DNA of 64,000 nt from NCBI GenBank assembly GCA_963729625.1, contig CAVSOU010000015.1, positions 1 through 64,000 of the forward strand, written 5' to 3'. Below, piece after piece: positions 21,052 to 31,502 of this stretch. The DNA is from an uncultured bacterium. GTDB taxonomy: Bacteria; Chloroflexota; UBA5177; JANWHV01. A program made the position numbers and the translations under genes. The notes below the pieces were generated by a model. It was given only the letters and a program-made list of their open reading frames with translations, did not search any database and had not been told where the DNA came from. Each line of letters starts with the position of its first letter. Position 1 is the stretch's first letter.

Positions 21052-22383
21052 CTACTCCTGCGCGTACAGCAACTCGGGACGGCGATGGCAGACCGGCGTG
21101 AACACGGAGATGACCGCAAGCGCGGCAGTAATCGCTCCCATCCCTGCAAGAATCGCAGGCACGCCGAATATGGCCGCCAACGACGTGGAGACGGCGGCAC
21201 CGATGGGCGACGCGATTCCCGCCAGTGTCCAGAAGGCGGCGGTAACTCGGCCGAGCAGATGGTCCGGCGTGATTTCCTGGCGCAGCGACATGTTCGTCAC
21301 GTTCATCACCGTGTTGACCAGTATAAACAGGATGGACAGGGCGACGATCACCGGAACGCGCGTGGTAAATGCGAATGCCGCCAACGCGAGGCCGGTACCT
21401 GCGAGACCGCCGATCCAGCATACGCCGTAGCCGAGCTTGCGCCGCGCCATCGGCGTCAAAAGCCCGGCCAGAATGGCGCCGATGCTGGCCATGCCGAACA
21501 CGAATCCGACCGTTCCGGCACTCTGGTGCAGGTCGTGCTTCAGACGGAAGATGAACAGGTCCATTCCGCCCATCGTGACCAGGTTCATGATGCCCATCAC
21601 GATCGTGACCGTGCGAAGCAGCGGCTGGTTAAAGAGAAAGCGCACGCCGGCAAGCAACTCGCTCAGGCGTTGGGACTGCAAGCCACCGGTTCGAGGTGCG
21701 ACCGCAACCTTGCGCAGGCGAATCAGCGCCAGCGAGATCGCGGACACGGCGAACGACACGGCATCAATGCCCATCGCCGTGGCAGCGCCGAATTGCGCGA
21801 TCACGATGCCGGCCAGGATGGGGCCGGCCACGAAAGAGATGCCGCCGGAAGTCTGCAGGCGGCCGTTCGCATCGGTGATCTGATCCTTGTCCACGAGGTT
21901 GGGCACGGCGGTGATGTAGGCGACGCCGAACACCATGCCGAACGAGGCGCCCAGTGCCGCTGTTATGTAAATCAGCCACACCTGCGGTCCGGCTGCCCAC
22001 CAGCCGAGTGGGATCAGAGAATAGACGAGCACGCGCACCGAGTCGCAGAGAATCATCAACCGGCGCCGGTCGAGCCTGTCCACGAGGGGTCCCGCCAGAA
22101 CGCCTGACACAAGGCTGGCCACGCCCATGGTCCCGGTCAACAGGCCCATTTGCGCCACGGAGCCCGTGGCCTGCAGGACGAGCAGCGGCATGGCGAGCAT
22201 CGCGAACGCATCGCCGAGCGCCGAGAGCGTCTGACCCAGCCAGAACGTATTGAAGCTCCTGTTATGCCAGAGGCGCGCGCCGGGCCTTTCCAGGGGAGGC
22301 CTAGAACTCGCCGCCAACCCCGTGGATACCGCTCCAAGTCCACCGGACCGCGCCTCGTCGCGCGCCGGTGCTACGGTCGTCAC
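21052..22383 (-). CDS. MFS transporter (DHA3/Tap-like)
   Basis: W.GQ.LS.LGD, G.LVDRLDRRRLM and TPD.LLGRV motifs. GTG start with GGGAG RBS. Confidence 0.92.
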   Translation of the reverse strand: MTTVAPARDEARSGGLGAVSTGLAASSRPPLERPGARLWHNRSFNTFWLGQTLSALGDAFAMLAMPLLVLQATGSVAQMGLLTGTMGVASLVSGVLAGPLVDRLDRRRLMILCDSVRVLVYSLIPLGWWAAGPQVWLIYITAALGASFGMVFGVAYITAVPNLVDKDQITDANGRLQTSGGISFVAGPILAGIVIAQFGAATAMGIDAVSFAVSAISLALIRLRKVAVAPRTGGLQSQRLSELLAGVRFLFNQPLLRTVTIVMGIMNLVTMGGMDLFIFRLKHDLHQSAGTVGFVFGMASIGAILAGLLTPMARRKLGYGVCWIGGLAGTGLALAAFAFTTRVPVIVALSILFILVNTVMNVTNMSLRQEITPDHLLGRVTAAFWTLAGIASPIGAAVSTSLAAIFGVPAILAGMGAITAALAVISVFTPVCHRRPELLYAQE

Positions 22384-22533
22384 ATCGTTCTCCCATTCAG
22401 CCGCGGATGCGTGCCGAGCGCATGGTGATCCGCACGGACCACGTGCCAGGGATGAGCCAGGATCCCTGATTCTGCGATCTTGCCACCGCAGCCCTGGCCG
22501 CGCAATCACATACGCAACACCGGCGAGAAGTCG
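22250..22533. repeat. Left 284-bp direct repeat (MFS 5' end plus upstream region), att-like
   Basis: Matches 32803..32929 plus 35378..35534, with three mismatches seen (22475, 22504, 22513). Confidence 0.95.
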
Positions 22534-22615
22534 CGCGGCGTGCCCGGTCAGGTTTCGGCAGCGGCTGGCTGGGCCCGCTCCGGCTGTCAGGCGATACGGC
22601 GAGCTGGGCAGGGAG

Positions 22616-22990
22616 TACGTTGACGCCACGGGCGCGCGCCTGCCGGTCATCGACGAGCTGGGCTGCATCGGGCGTGAGCGTGACGCTGGTGTTCTTCACG
22701 CACGGTGAGAAGCGCACGGAGCAGGACGACGGCAACGTCACGCTCGGCAAGGGGTACCTGGTCAGCCGGATACAGGTGCTCCTCCAGAACGGCCGAATAC
22801 TACGGCCCAGAACGATGGAGGCCGAGGCTCTGGCGCGCGAGCTGCTGGATGACGAAATTCGTGTCACCCAGAACGCCAACGAAACCTACGGCGCCTTCAA
22901 GACGGGCGCGCACGACGACCTGGTGACCGCGCTGGGCCTGGCCACGCAAGAACGTCGGCAAGGCGGCTTCGTATTCATCGCCGAGCCCTT
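22616..22990 (+). pseudogene. Phage terminase large subunit, C-terminal RNase H-like nuclease fragment
   Basis: YVDATG..PVIDEL, then a frameshift, then K..LVSR.Q.LLQ and HDDLVTALGLA. No ATPase domain or start codon. Confidence 0.72.
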
Positions 22991-23306
22991 CCGACAGGAG
23001 CGTAGCATCTTCGAGATGGGCTGGCCATCGGAAGACGAGATTCGGCAGGCCGAGTGGCTCGGTTGGCCCAGTCGGGAGACGAAGACGCGCGGCAAGCACG
23101 CCTCTAGGGTGCGCTGCGCACAATCTTGGCCGGGCCGCGTTGGCTGGCCCTCAAGGCGTACCAACCCGAAACGAGCAAGCCATGACCGCAGCATTTGCGA
23201 AGGCACTACGAGCCCGCGCCGGTATTTATATGAAGTATGCTTAACGTGGTGTACTCGAATTGCGACGACACGCCTCGCCAGCGGCATGGAAAGGGGGGTG
23301 GTGAAC

Positions 23307-24011
23307 ATGAACTACGCTATAGGCGCAGTGAGCAACAATGATCCTGCTTCGCAGATTCTGCACCGCCTTGCATTGCCAGCCTATTGCGTGGCCGACGCAG
23401 CACGATTCGCTGGTACATCCGCACAAACGGTGCGCAGGTGGCTGGTAGGATATGCCCAACCTGGGCACACCATGGAACGAGTGCTCGACAGGGAGAGTAG
23501 CGCACTCCTCTCATACAACGCCTTAGTCGAAATTGCTTTTGTTGCAGCCCTCCGAAAGTGCGGGGTCAAGCTCGAAGCAATAAGACGCGCATACATCTTT
23601 CTCTCTCAGTGGCGCGACGAACCATTCCCGTTTACGGCGGAAGACTTAAGGACCGATGGTGTCGAGGTGCTCGCTGGAATTCTTGATAACCCCGACGGGT
23701 ATGTTGCGGCCAGCCATCACGGTCAGATGCTCTGGCGAGAGGCTGTAAAGCAGAAGGTCGATCAGTTTGACTATGAGTTTCATCACGCACGGCGCTGGTA
23801 CCCTCGTGGGCGCACCGGAATCGTGGTTATCGATCCAGCCGTTGCCTTCGGCGCGCCAACCATCCGCGCAACGGGCATTCCCACGTATGCCCTCAAGTCA
23901 CGAGCGCGCGCTGGCGAAAGCATCGACTCGATGCGAGCTGACTTCGGCCTAACTGAACAGCAAGTGCGGGAGGCACTCCGGTTCGAGGGAGTATTGGGCA
24001 GCGCAGCCTAA
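23307..24011 (+). CDS. DUF433 antitoxin (VapB45-like, N-terminal HTH)
   Basis: Y...DAARF......TVRRW..GY, LSY..LVE, PF....L.TDG, VIDP...FG.P.I..TGI, and DFGL..QV..ALRFE. Confidence 0.85.
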   Translation: MNYAIGAVSNNDPASQILHRLALPAYCVADAARFAGTSAQTVRRWLVGYAQPGHTMERVLDRESSALLSYNALVEIAFVAALRKCGVKLEAIRRAYIFLSQWRDEPFPFTAEDLRTDGVEVLAGILDNPDGYVAASHHGQMLWREAVKQKVDQFDYEFHHARRWYPRGRTGIVVIDPAVAFGAPTIRATGIPTYALKSRARAGESIDSMRADFGLTEQQVREALRFEGVLGSAA

Positions 24012-24463
24012 GCTTTGTAATTGATCGTTGTCTCGGAAAGATGATCGCGCTGGAACTACGGAGAGACGGCATCGACGCACGTGCCCTTGATGACATCTTT
24101 CCTGAGCAGCCCGACGATGACGTGTGGCTACATCAACTTGGTCAGCATGTGATTGTGCTGACCAAGGACTCTCACTTCAGGTTCAATGAAAGCGAACTCG
24201 AAGCTATGGTGGCCCATAACATTGCCTGCTTCGCACTAACACGAGCCGACATGAGCGGTGCGCATCAACTTCGTTGCTTTCGGCGGGCGTGGCAACGAAT
24301 CGAGCGCATATGTAGGAGCAATGCACCACGGCCGTTCGTCTACACGGTGTATGCCGATGGTAGTGTTCGGCTGACACGCCCCGCGAGAGCGCTGCGGGAG
24401 ATGCTGGTGGTGAAGCGCACGGCATCTACACCTGTTCCTCTCGGTGAAGCAAGCACCGACTAA
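24008..24463 (+). CDS. PIN-like toxin (VapC45-like); true start lies upstream of the 24041 ATG
   Basis: In-frame upstream sequence gives FVIDRCLG, followed by DDVWL, VLTKD..R....E and PFVY.V. Overlaps the antitoxin stop. Confidence 0.82.
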   Translation, partial: LSFVIDRCLGKMIALELRRDGIDARALDDIFPEQPDDDVWLHQLGQHVIVLTKDSHFRFNESELEAMVAHNIACFALTRADMSGAHQLRCFRRAWQRIERICRSNAPRPFVYTVYADGSVRLTRPARALREMLVVKRTASTPVPLGEASTD

Positions 24464-24676
24464 GTCCTTCGGTGTAAGTCGCCTTTAGAAGCTCGCCACG
24501 AACCCAATACACCCGTTTCCTGCGGGGGGTAGTCCTATCCGATTCCCAGTCACGTGCTGACTGCTCGCGCGAGGGGGATGGCGTACCGCTGGCTCGCGGG
24601 ATAAACTGTGCAGTGGCGAACTCTTCCTCCGCCGCGCATGAGCGCTGGATCTCAGGAGAAGGCGGTCAACTGCCGA

Positions 24677-27433
24677 ATGCTGCCTGAACAAGCCGCACGC
24701 TCGAACATCGATGCTATGCTCTCGGATGCTGGATGGATCGTCCAGTCACGCGACGAGTTGAACCTTGGTGCCGGTCTCGGCGTCGCCGTGCGGGAGTTCG
24801 CGTTGAAGACCGGATTCGCCGACTACATGCTCTTGGTTGATCGAAAGGCGATTGGTGCCATTGAGGCCAAGGCAGTTGGCGCAACGCTCTCCGGCGTGGA
24901 GTCACAGTCCGAGAAGTATGGCGCGGGCCTAAAGGACATCCCGCCGGCCTGGCGTAAGCCGCTCCCATTCCTGTATGAGAGCACCGGCGTGGAAACCTTC
25001 TTTACTAACGGCACGGATCCCGAACCCCGCAGCCGTCGTGTCTTCAGCTTTCACCGGCCCTCTACACTCTTGGACTGGGTCAAGCAGCCAGTGAGTCTTC
25101 ATGGGCGTCTTCGGACGATGCCGGCACTCCTCACCCAGGGCCTCTGGGGACCACAGATCGAGGCGATCACCAATCTGGAAGCTTCGCTTGCCTCCGCCCA
25201 TCCTCGCGCCCTGATCCAGATGGCGACGGGCAGCGGCAAGACTTTTACGGCCGTCAGCGCCATATACCGGTTGGTCAAGCACGCCAGAGCATCGCGCGTA
25301 TTGTTCCTGGTTGACCGGGCTAACCTGGGCCGCCAGGCATTGCGCGAGTTTCAGGGGTACGCAACGCCCGACGACGGGCGCAAGTTCACCGAGCTCTATA
25401 ACGTGCAGCGGCTGACCTCCAATACGCTGGATGGCACCTGCGAGGTCTGCATCAGCACGATCCAGCGCCTCTATTCCATCCTCTCGGGGGAGGAATCGTT
25501 CGATGAAGCGAACGAAGAGCAGTCCCTCTTCGAAGTAGGCGATTCGCTCGGCACCAAGCAGCGCGAAGTGCGCTATAACGCCTCTGTGCCGCCTGAGTTC
25601 TTCGACATGATAGTGATTGACGAGTGCCACCGGTCGATTTACAGTGTGTGGCGGCAGGTGCTGGAATACTTCGACGCCTTCCTCATCGGCCTGACCGCGA
25701 CGCCCTACAAGCAGACCTTCGGCTTTTTCAACGCGAACCTGGTGATGGAGTACTCCCGCAAGCGTGCTGTGGCCGACGGCATCAACGTGGATGGCCAAGT
25801 CTACCGAATCCGCACGGGCATCACAGAGCGCGGTAGTACTGTCGAAGCCGGCGCCTGGATCGGCAAGCTCCACCGTCCCACGCGTAAGCTGCGCTGGGAG
25901 GAGCTGGACGAGGACCTTACCTACGAAGCCGCTCAGCTCGACCGTGACGTCGTGGCCGAAGACCAGATCCGCACCGTGATCCAGACCTTCCGGGATCGCC
26001 TCTTCACCGAGATTTTCCCCGGCCGCACCGAGGTTCCGAAGACGCTGATCTTCGCGAAGGATGACAACCACGCCGAGAACATCGTGCGCATAGTGCGCGA
26101 GGTCTTCGCCAAGAACAACGAGTTTGCCCGCAAGATCACCTACCGCGTGACCGGCGTGAAGACGGACGACCTGATCGCCGAGTTCCGCAACAGCTACAAT
26201 CCGCGTATCGCGGTGACCGTGGACATGATCGCCACGGGCACCGACATCAGGCCGCTGGAGATCCTGCTCTTCATGCGCGCAGTCAATTCTCGTGGCCACT
26301 TCGAACAGATGATCGGTCGCGGTACGCGCGTGATCAGCGCGACCGACCTCCAGGCCGTGACGCCCGACGCCAAGTTCAAGACTCACTTCGTGATCGTAGA
26401 CGCCGTCGGCACGGTTGAGCATCCGAAGGCCGACACGCAATCGCTGGATCGTAAGCGGTCTGTCTCGTTCGAGAAGCTGCTCAATGCCATCGCACAGGGT
26501 GCCGTCGACGCGGATACGCTCACTGCGCTGGCCGGCCGGCTGGCACGCCTCGCACGTACCCTGTCGGCCGAGCAGGCTGCCGATATTCACCGCGCGTCGG
26601 GCGGACGAACCCTCGCGGACCTCTCCAACGCTCTGCTCGATGCGACCGACGCCGACGAGATTGCCGACCACGCGCGCGAGATCGCCGGCGGTGCCGACCC
26701 ATCTCAGGCGCAGATCGAGGACGCGGTGCAAGCTCTGGCCACTCGTGCCGTGAGGCCCTTCGACAGCCCGGAACTTCGCAAGACGCTCATATCCGTTCAC
26801 GAGCGCAACGAGCTGCTAATCGACGAAGTGAGCCGCGACAGCGTACTGGATGCGGGGTACAGCGTAACCGACACGGCCAGGGCTCGTCGGGTTACCGAGT
26901 CGTTCGCCGAGTACGTGGTTGAGAATCGCGATGAAATCACGGCCTTGCGCTTGATCTTCGATCAGCCCTACGGCCGGCGCCAGTTGACCTATGGCGAGGT
27001 GAAGGACTTGGCCAGAGAGTTCGAACGGCCGCCGCACGGCTGGACTGCCGATGAGCTTTGGGACGCATACGCGCGAGTGGAGAAGGACCACGTGCGCGGA
27101 GCCGGGTCCAGACGCGTGCTCACCGACCTGGTCTCGCTGGTCCGCCACGCCGTGGATCCCGAGGGTGATCTTGTGCCCTACCCAGACCTGGTGCGCGAGC
27201 GCTACCAGGCATGGCTGCAAGCCCAGCAGGCTCAGGGACGAAGCTTCACGCCCGAGCAGCGGTGGTGGGTGGATAAGATCGCCGAGTACGTGGCCGTAAA
27301 CCTTACAATTGCTCCGCAGGACCTCAATGGAGGCGAGTTCTACGCGAAGGGCGGCCAGGTCGGGGCGTTGCGCGCGTTCGGCCAGGATCTCCGCACATTG
27401 CTCAAAGAACTGAACAGCGTGTTGGTGGCGTAG
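24677..27433 (+). CDS. hsdR: Type I restriction enzyme R subunit (EcoEI-like)
   Basis: ADY...IEAK nuclease, MATGSGKT, DECHRS, GLTATP, TGTD and QMIGRGTR motifs. Confidence 0.95.
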   Translation: MLPEQAARSNIDAMLSDAGWIVQSRDELNLGAGLGVAVREFALKTGFADYMLLVDRKAIGAIEAKAVGATLSGVESQSEKYGAGLKDIPPAWRKPLPFLYESTGVETFFTNGTDPEPRSRRVFSFHRPSTLLDWVKQPVSLHGRLRTMPALLTQGLWGPQIEAITNLEASLASAHPRALIQMATGSGKTFTAVSAIYRLVKHARASRVLFLVDRANLGRQALREFQGYATPDDGRKFTELYNVQRLTSNTLDGTCEVCISTIQRLYSILSGEESFDEANEEQSLFEVGDSLGTKQREVRYNASVPPEFFDMIVIDECHRSIYSVWRQVLEYFDAFLIGLTATPYKQTFGFFNANLVMEYSRKRAVADGINVDGQVYRIRTGITERGSTVEAGAWIGKLHRPTRKLRWEELDEDLTYEAAQLDRDVVAEDQIRTVIQTFRDRLFTEIFPGRTEVPKTLIFAKDDNHAENIVRIVREVFAKNNEFARKITYRVTGVKTDDLIAEFRNSYNPRIAVTVDMIATGTDIRPLEILLFMRAVNSRGHFEQMIGRGTRVISATDLQAVTPDAKFKTHFVIVDAVGTVEHPKADTQSLDRKRSVSFEKLLNAIAQGAVDADTLTALAGRLARLARTLSAEQAADIHRASGGRTLADLSNALLDATDADEIADHAREIAGGADPSQAQIEDAVQALATRAVRPFDSPELRKTLISVHERNELLIDEVSRDSVLDAGYSVTDTARARRVTESFAEYVVENRDEITALRLIFDQPYGRRQLTYGEVKDLAREFERPPHGWTADELWDAYARVEKDHVRGAGSRRVLTDLVSLVRHAVDPEGDLVPYPDLVRERYQAWLQAQQAQGRSFTPEQRWWVDKIAEYVAVNLTIAPQDLNGGEFYAKGGQVGALRAFGQDLRTLLKELNSVLVA

Positions 27434-27452
27434 TAGCGAGGTGTGAGACAAC

Positions 27453-29009
27453 GTGGTGGCCGCAGCAACTGGCCAGCGGGCTGAGCAAGGGCTTCCAAAG
27501 GGCTGGGCGTGGACGACGCTCGGTGAAATTCGACTTGACCGAAGCCGGACCATCGTGCCCAGTAGAGAGCCCTATACGATGTTTGAGCTCTACAGTGTGC
27601 CAAGCTTCGATTCTCACCAACCTGAGCAGGTAGCTGGGAAGGAAATCGGCTCGAGCAAGCAGCTAGTGGGCGAGCATGACGTACTCTTGTGCAAGATCAA
27701 CCCCAGAATTAACCGTGTCTGGACTGTTGGAAACCACTCGTCATGGGTTAAGATTGCGTCCACTGAATGGATCTCGTTTCCAAGAGTGTCGGGCGTATGT
27801 CCGGAATTCCTCTGCTACTACATGCAAACCAACGAGTTCAGAACATTCCTTTCCATGCGTGCGTCGGGCGTTGGCGGATCACTGATGCGCATCAATTCTG
27901 GCACACTTGCCCCGTACCCCTTTCCTCTAGCCCCGATGCGGGAACAAGAGCGCATCGCTGACTGTCTGGCGACACTTTCTACACGTCTCGACGCGTGCGT
28001 AGAAGCCCTCCAGCAACTTCAGGTCAAGCTGGCGCGCTACCGTGCCGCCGTCCTCAAAGCTGCCGTCGAGGGCAACCTAACCGGGGAATGGCGTGCTACG
28101 CACAAGGACCTTGAGCCGTCCTTCCTTCTGCTCCAACGCATCCTCCATGCGCGCCGCGAGGCATGGGAGCAGGCGGAACTTGCGAGATACGCCATCGGCG
28201 GTAGCACCCAACCGAGGCAATGGAGAGTGAGGTATCGCGAAGCACGGGCGCCAGGACCGCGAGTACCATTCGCGCTGCCTGCCGGTTGGTGCTGGGCCAC
28301 GATAGACCAGTTGCTGTCGGAGCCACTGGCCAATGGCATATCAGTGAAGGGAACGGACTTACCGCCGGGTGTACCGGCCCTGCGTTTGAGCGCCATGTCT
28401 GATACTGGGTTCAACTATGCAGAGCGTAGGTATATCCCAGTCGATAACGCCACTGTCGGGGCGCTGGCCATACGAACAGGCGACTTCTTTGTATCGAGAG
28501 GCAACGGCTCGCGCCAACTCGTAGGCAGAGGTACGCTTGCACAGCCGCCAAGAGAGGATATCGTGTTCCCCGACACGATGATTCGAGTCAGGCTAGCGCC
28601 CGTTGCGGCTCTCGTTTCCTTCGTTAGCACCATCTGGCCCGCGCGTGTCATACGCGCCCAGGTGGAGGGCACAGCGCGCACCACGGCCGGTATCTACAAG
28701 ATCTCGCAGGCTGATATCGAGCGCTTCGTCATACCGCTACCACCGGTAGAGGAGCAAATCCAGATAGTATCGGAGGTGGGGTGGAGGCTGTCAGTAGTGG
28801 CCACAGCAGAAGCGGAGATCGAAGAGGTGCTGAAGCGTGCCGAGCGGCTCCGCCACAGCATTCTCCGGCAGGCGTTTGCAGGTAAGCTCGTGCCACAGGA
28901 TTCAAGTGACGAGCCGGCAAGTCTGTTGCTTGACCGGATCCGGGCGCAACGCGACGGGCCAAACCAGCGCCCTTCCACGACGAAGCCGGTGCAGCTTCAA
29001 CTCGTCTGA
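27453..29009 (+). CDS. hsdS: Type I RM specificity subunit with two TRDs
   Basis: LPKGW / LPAGW, PLAP..EQ..I, PLPP.EEQ..I and SILRQAF.G.LVPQD..DEPAS.LL.RI motifs. Confidence 0.95.
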   Translation: MVAAATGQRAEQGLPKGWAWTTLGEIRLDRSRTIVPSREPYTMFELYSVPSFDSHQPEQVAGKEIGSSKQLVGEHDVLLCKINPRINRVWTVGNHSSWVKIASTEWISFPRVSGVCPEFLCYYMQTNEFRTFLSMRASGVGGSLMRINSGTLAPYPFPLAPMREQERIADCLATLSTRLDACVEALQQLQVKLARYRAAVLKAAVEGNLTGEWRATHKDLEPSFLLLQRILHARREAWEQAELARYAIGGSTQPRQWRVRYREARAPGPRVPFALPAGWCWATIDQLLSEPLANGISVKGTDLPPGVPALRLSAMSDTGFNYAERRYIPVDNATVGALAIRTGDFFVSRGNGSRQLVGRGTLAQPPREDIVFPDTMIRVRLAPVAALVSFVSTIWPARVIRAQVEGTARTTAGIYKISQADIERFVIPLPPVEEQIQIVSEVGWRLSVVATAEAEIEEVLKRAERLRHSILRQAFAGKLVPQDSSDEPASLLLDRIRAQRDGPNQRPSTTKPVQLQLV

Positions 29010-29064
29010 CGGAGTAGCAACGGCAGGAAGCAAAAGTACTACTGACGCGACTGAAGGAGAGAGC

Positions 29065-30564
29065 GTGGCAGGAGAGTCATCGGCCATCGTGCAGCGACTG
29101 TGGAACTACTGCAACGTGCTGCGCGACGACGGGATGTCCTACGGCGACTACGTAGAGCAGCTCACCTATCTGCTCTTCCTGAAGATGGACGACGAGCAGG
29201 TGCAAATACTAGGACAAGAGAGTCTGATCCCGCCGCAGTTGAACTGGCAGAGCCTGCTGGGGCTGCATGGCGATGATCTGGAGGCTCACTATCGTCGTAT
29301 CCTTACCGAGCTGGGCACCGGCGCCGGCCTTACGCCGGTAATCTTCCGCAAGGCGCAGAACCGCATCCAGGATCCCGCCAAGCTGCGCCGCCTGATCGAG
29401 CTGATTAACGGCGAGACCTGGATCGGCCTCGACATCGACGTGAAAGGCGAGATCTACGAGGGGCTGCTGGAGAAGAACGCGCAGGACACCAAGTCGGGCG
29501 CCGGCCAGTACTTTACACCCCGCGCCTTGATCAAGGCCATCGTGGACGTGATGCGTCCCACACCCACCGACACCATCTGTGACCCCGCTGCCGGAACCTG
29601 CGGCTTCCTTCTCGTGGCCTACGACTACATCTTGCGCCACTATAGTCCGCTCGATCGCGACCTGCTCGATCATGTCACGGACCGCGCGCTGCGAGGCTGG
29701 GAGATCGTGGATAACGCCGCCCGCCTTGGCGTGATGAACATGCACCTGCGCGGTATCAGCACCGACGCCACGAGCAGTCCTATCCACGTCGCCGATAGCC
29801 TCGCCGCAGACCCGGGCGAACGATTCAGCATGGTGCTCACCAATCCACCGTTCGGCAAGAAGAGCAGCGTCACCTATGTGAACGACGCAGGCGAGACCAG
29901 GCGAGAGTCCATTACCGTTGTCCGCGATGACTTCTGGACTTCGACGAGCAACAAGCAGCTCAACTTCGTGCAGCACGTCAAGACAATTCTCGCCATACAC
30001 GGCCGCGCAGCCGTCGTCGTGCCCGACAATGTGCTGTTCGAGGGCGGAGCCGGCGAAGTCGTGCGCCGCAAGCTGATGCACGAATGCAACGTGCATACCC
30101 TTCTGCGCCTGCCCACCGGCATATTCTATGCGCAGGGCGTCAAGGCCAACGTGCTCTTCTTCGACCGCAAGCCCGCCAGCGAAACGCCCTGGACCAAAGA
30201 GGTGTGGATCTACGATCTGCGTACCAACAAGAACTTCACGCTGAAGGAGACGCCCCTCACCCGCGCCGACCTGGACGAATTCGTGGCCTGCTACAGCCCC
30301 GCGAATCGCCACGACCGCCATGCCACCTGGTCCGATGCAAACCCCGGCGGTCGCTGGCGCTCCTACTCTTACGAGGAGATCATCAGGCGCGACAAAGCAA
30401 GCCTTGACATCACCTGGCTGCGCGACGAGACGCTGGACGATAGCGCCTTGTTGCCCCACCCCAGCGTGCTGGCCGCCGAGATCGTCGAGGATCTCCGCGC
30501 CATCCTGGCGCAGTTCCAGGAGATCGCGGACGACCTCGCCATCGAGGAGAGCTCGGAGGTGTGA
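29065..30564 (+). CDS. hsdM: Type I RM methyltransferase subunit
   Basis: LRDDG..YGDY.EQLTYLLFLKM, GAGQYFTPR, DPAAGT and TNPPF motifs. GTG start with AAGGAG. Confidence 0.96.
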   Translation: MAGESSAIVQRLWNYCNVLRDDGMSYGDYVEQLTYLLFLKMDDEQVQILGQESLIPPQLNWQSLLGLHGDDLEAHYRRILTELGTGAGLTPVIFRKAQNRIQDPAKLRRLIELINGETWIGLDIDVKGEIYEGLLEKNAQDTKSGAGQYFTPRALIKAIVDVMRPTPTDTICDPAAGTCGFLLVAYDYILRHYSPLDRDLLDHVTDRALRGWEIVDNAARLGVMNMHLRGISTDATSSPIHVADSLAADPGERFSMVLTNPPFGKKSSVTYVNDAGETRRESITVVRDDFWTSTSNKQLNFVQHVKTILAIHGRAAVVVPDNVLFEGGAGEVVRRKLMHECNVHTLLRLPTGIFYAQGVKANVLFFDRKPASETPWTKEVWIYDLRTNKNFTLKETPLTRADLDEFVACYSPANRHDRHATWSDANPGGRWRSYSYEEIIRRDKASLDITWLRDETLDDSALLPHPSVLAAEIVEDLRAILAQFQEIADDLAIEESSEV

Positions 30565-30805
30565 AGGGTGGCGCGTTGGGGCCCGAGTCACTTTTGGGAG
30601 CGGATAAGTGCTGATCGATGACATCCTGGAGGCACATGTAAAGCGACAGCTTATGCATAAGTTCACGCTCTCAATGGGCGCCCCGGCTCCCAGATGTTCG
30701 GGTCGCTGCGCGCAAGTCGGCCGCATGATAATATCAGGTGCGACAGAGGAATACGTTAATTCGCCGTGAGGGCCCGACGTCCCTCCTTTCTTGATTTGGA
30801 ACGGA

Positions 30806-31501
30806 ATGCAAGTAGCAATCGTTCAGGCAGCCATATTCACGTCAGATCGCGCGGCTTTTTCGCAGAACTCCGTCCTGACGTACTTCATGCGCGAATTCGG
30901 CGCCGAGTTGAATGGGCCGATCATATCGCTTCCAATTCCGCCCGATGCCCCGCCAGAGGTGCCGCGAGTTGTATTACAAAGCCCGGATGGCACTTGGAAA
31001 CTGAGTGCGTCGCTAGCTCGACTCGACGCTGTGTGGTCGGCCTCGAACATCCTGTCAACTGCCAACGAACTGCAAGCAGTCACGGCGCACTGCGCCCGCT
31101 TCCTTGAAGGCTATGCAAGGGAGAGCAATGGGTCGATTGACCGGCTAGCACTCGTCATTTCTCGGGTACGACTGTTTCACGAGCCGGCCGCGCTTTTAAT
31201 CGAACGCTTCTGCAACGAGCAAGCCCAACGCGGTCCGTTTAGCCGATCGGAGAACTTCGAAATCCACAATCACAAGGTTATTCAGCTTCCAGGGTTTGAC
31301 CGATCCGTCAACTCCTGGGTTCGGTGCAAGACGGCCCAGATCCAAAGGCAGCCAGGCATCCTAGTTGAGCAGGACTTGAATACGCGTGAGGAGGATCGTG
31401 CCCAGAGTCGATTCGGCGCACAGCAGGTAGGCATGTTCTTCGAGTGCGCGCGGCGAGAATCTGATAGCATTCTGCGTTTGTACTTCCCGGAGGAGCACTA
31501 G
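30806..31501 (+). CDS. TIGR04255-like protein (remote resemblance)
   Basis: 231 aa. LP.PPDAP.E.PR.., I.RLAL and LVEQDLNT patterns. The family call comes from recall, not from a search. Confidence 0.6.
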   Translation: MQVAIVQAAIFTSDRAAFSQNSVLTYFMREFGAELNGPIISLPIPPDAPPEVPRVVLQSPDGTWKLSASLARLDAVWSASNILSTANELQAVTAHCARFLEGYARESNGSIDRLALVISRVRLFHEPAALLIERFCNEQAQRGPFSRSENFEIHNHKVIQLPGFDRSVNSWVRCKTAQIQRQPGILVEQDLNTREEDRAQSRFGAQQVGMFFECARRESDSILRLYFPEEH

Positions 31502-31502
31502 A

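Noticed and set aside
22620-24011. 463-aa ORF as a real terminase-antitoxin fusion
   Set aside because: The middle is non-coding-like and the antitoxin has its own RBS and start at 23307; this looks like chance read-through.
24929-26800. Long antisense ORFs (also 2690..4243, 29209..30726, 35475..36989, 56862..57887)
   Set aside because: They are shadow ORFs of well-supported genes, expected at high GC, and carry no motifs.
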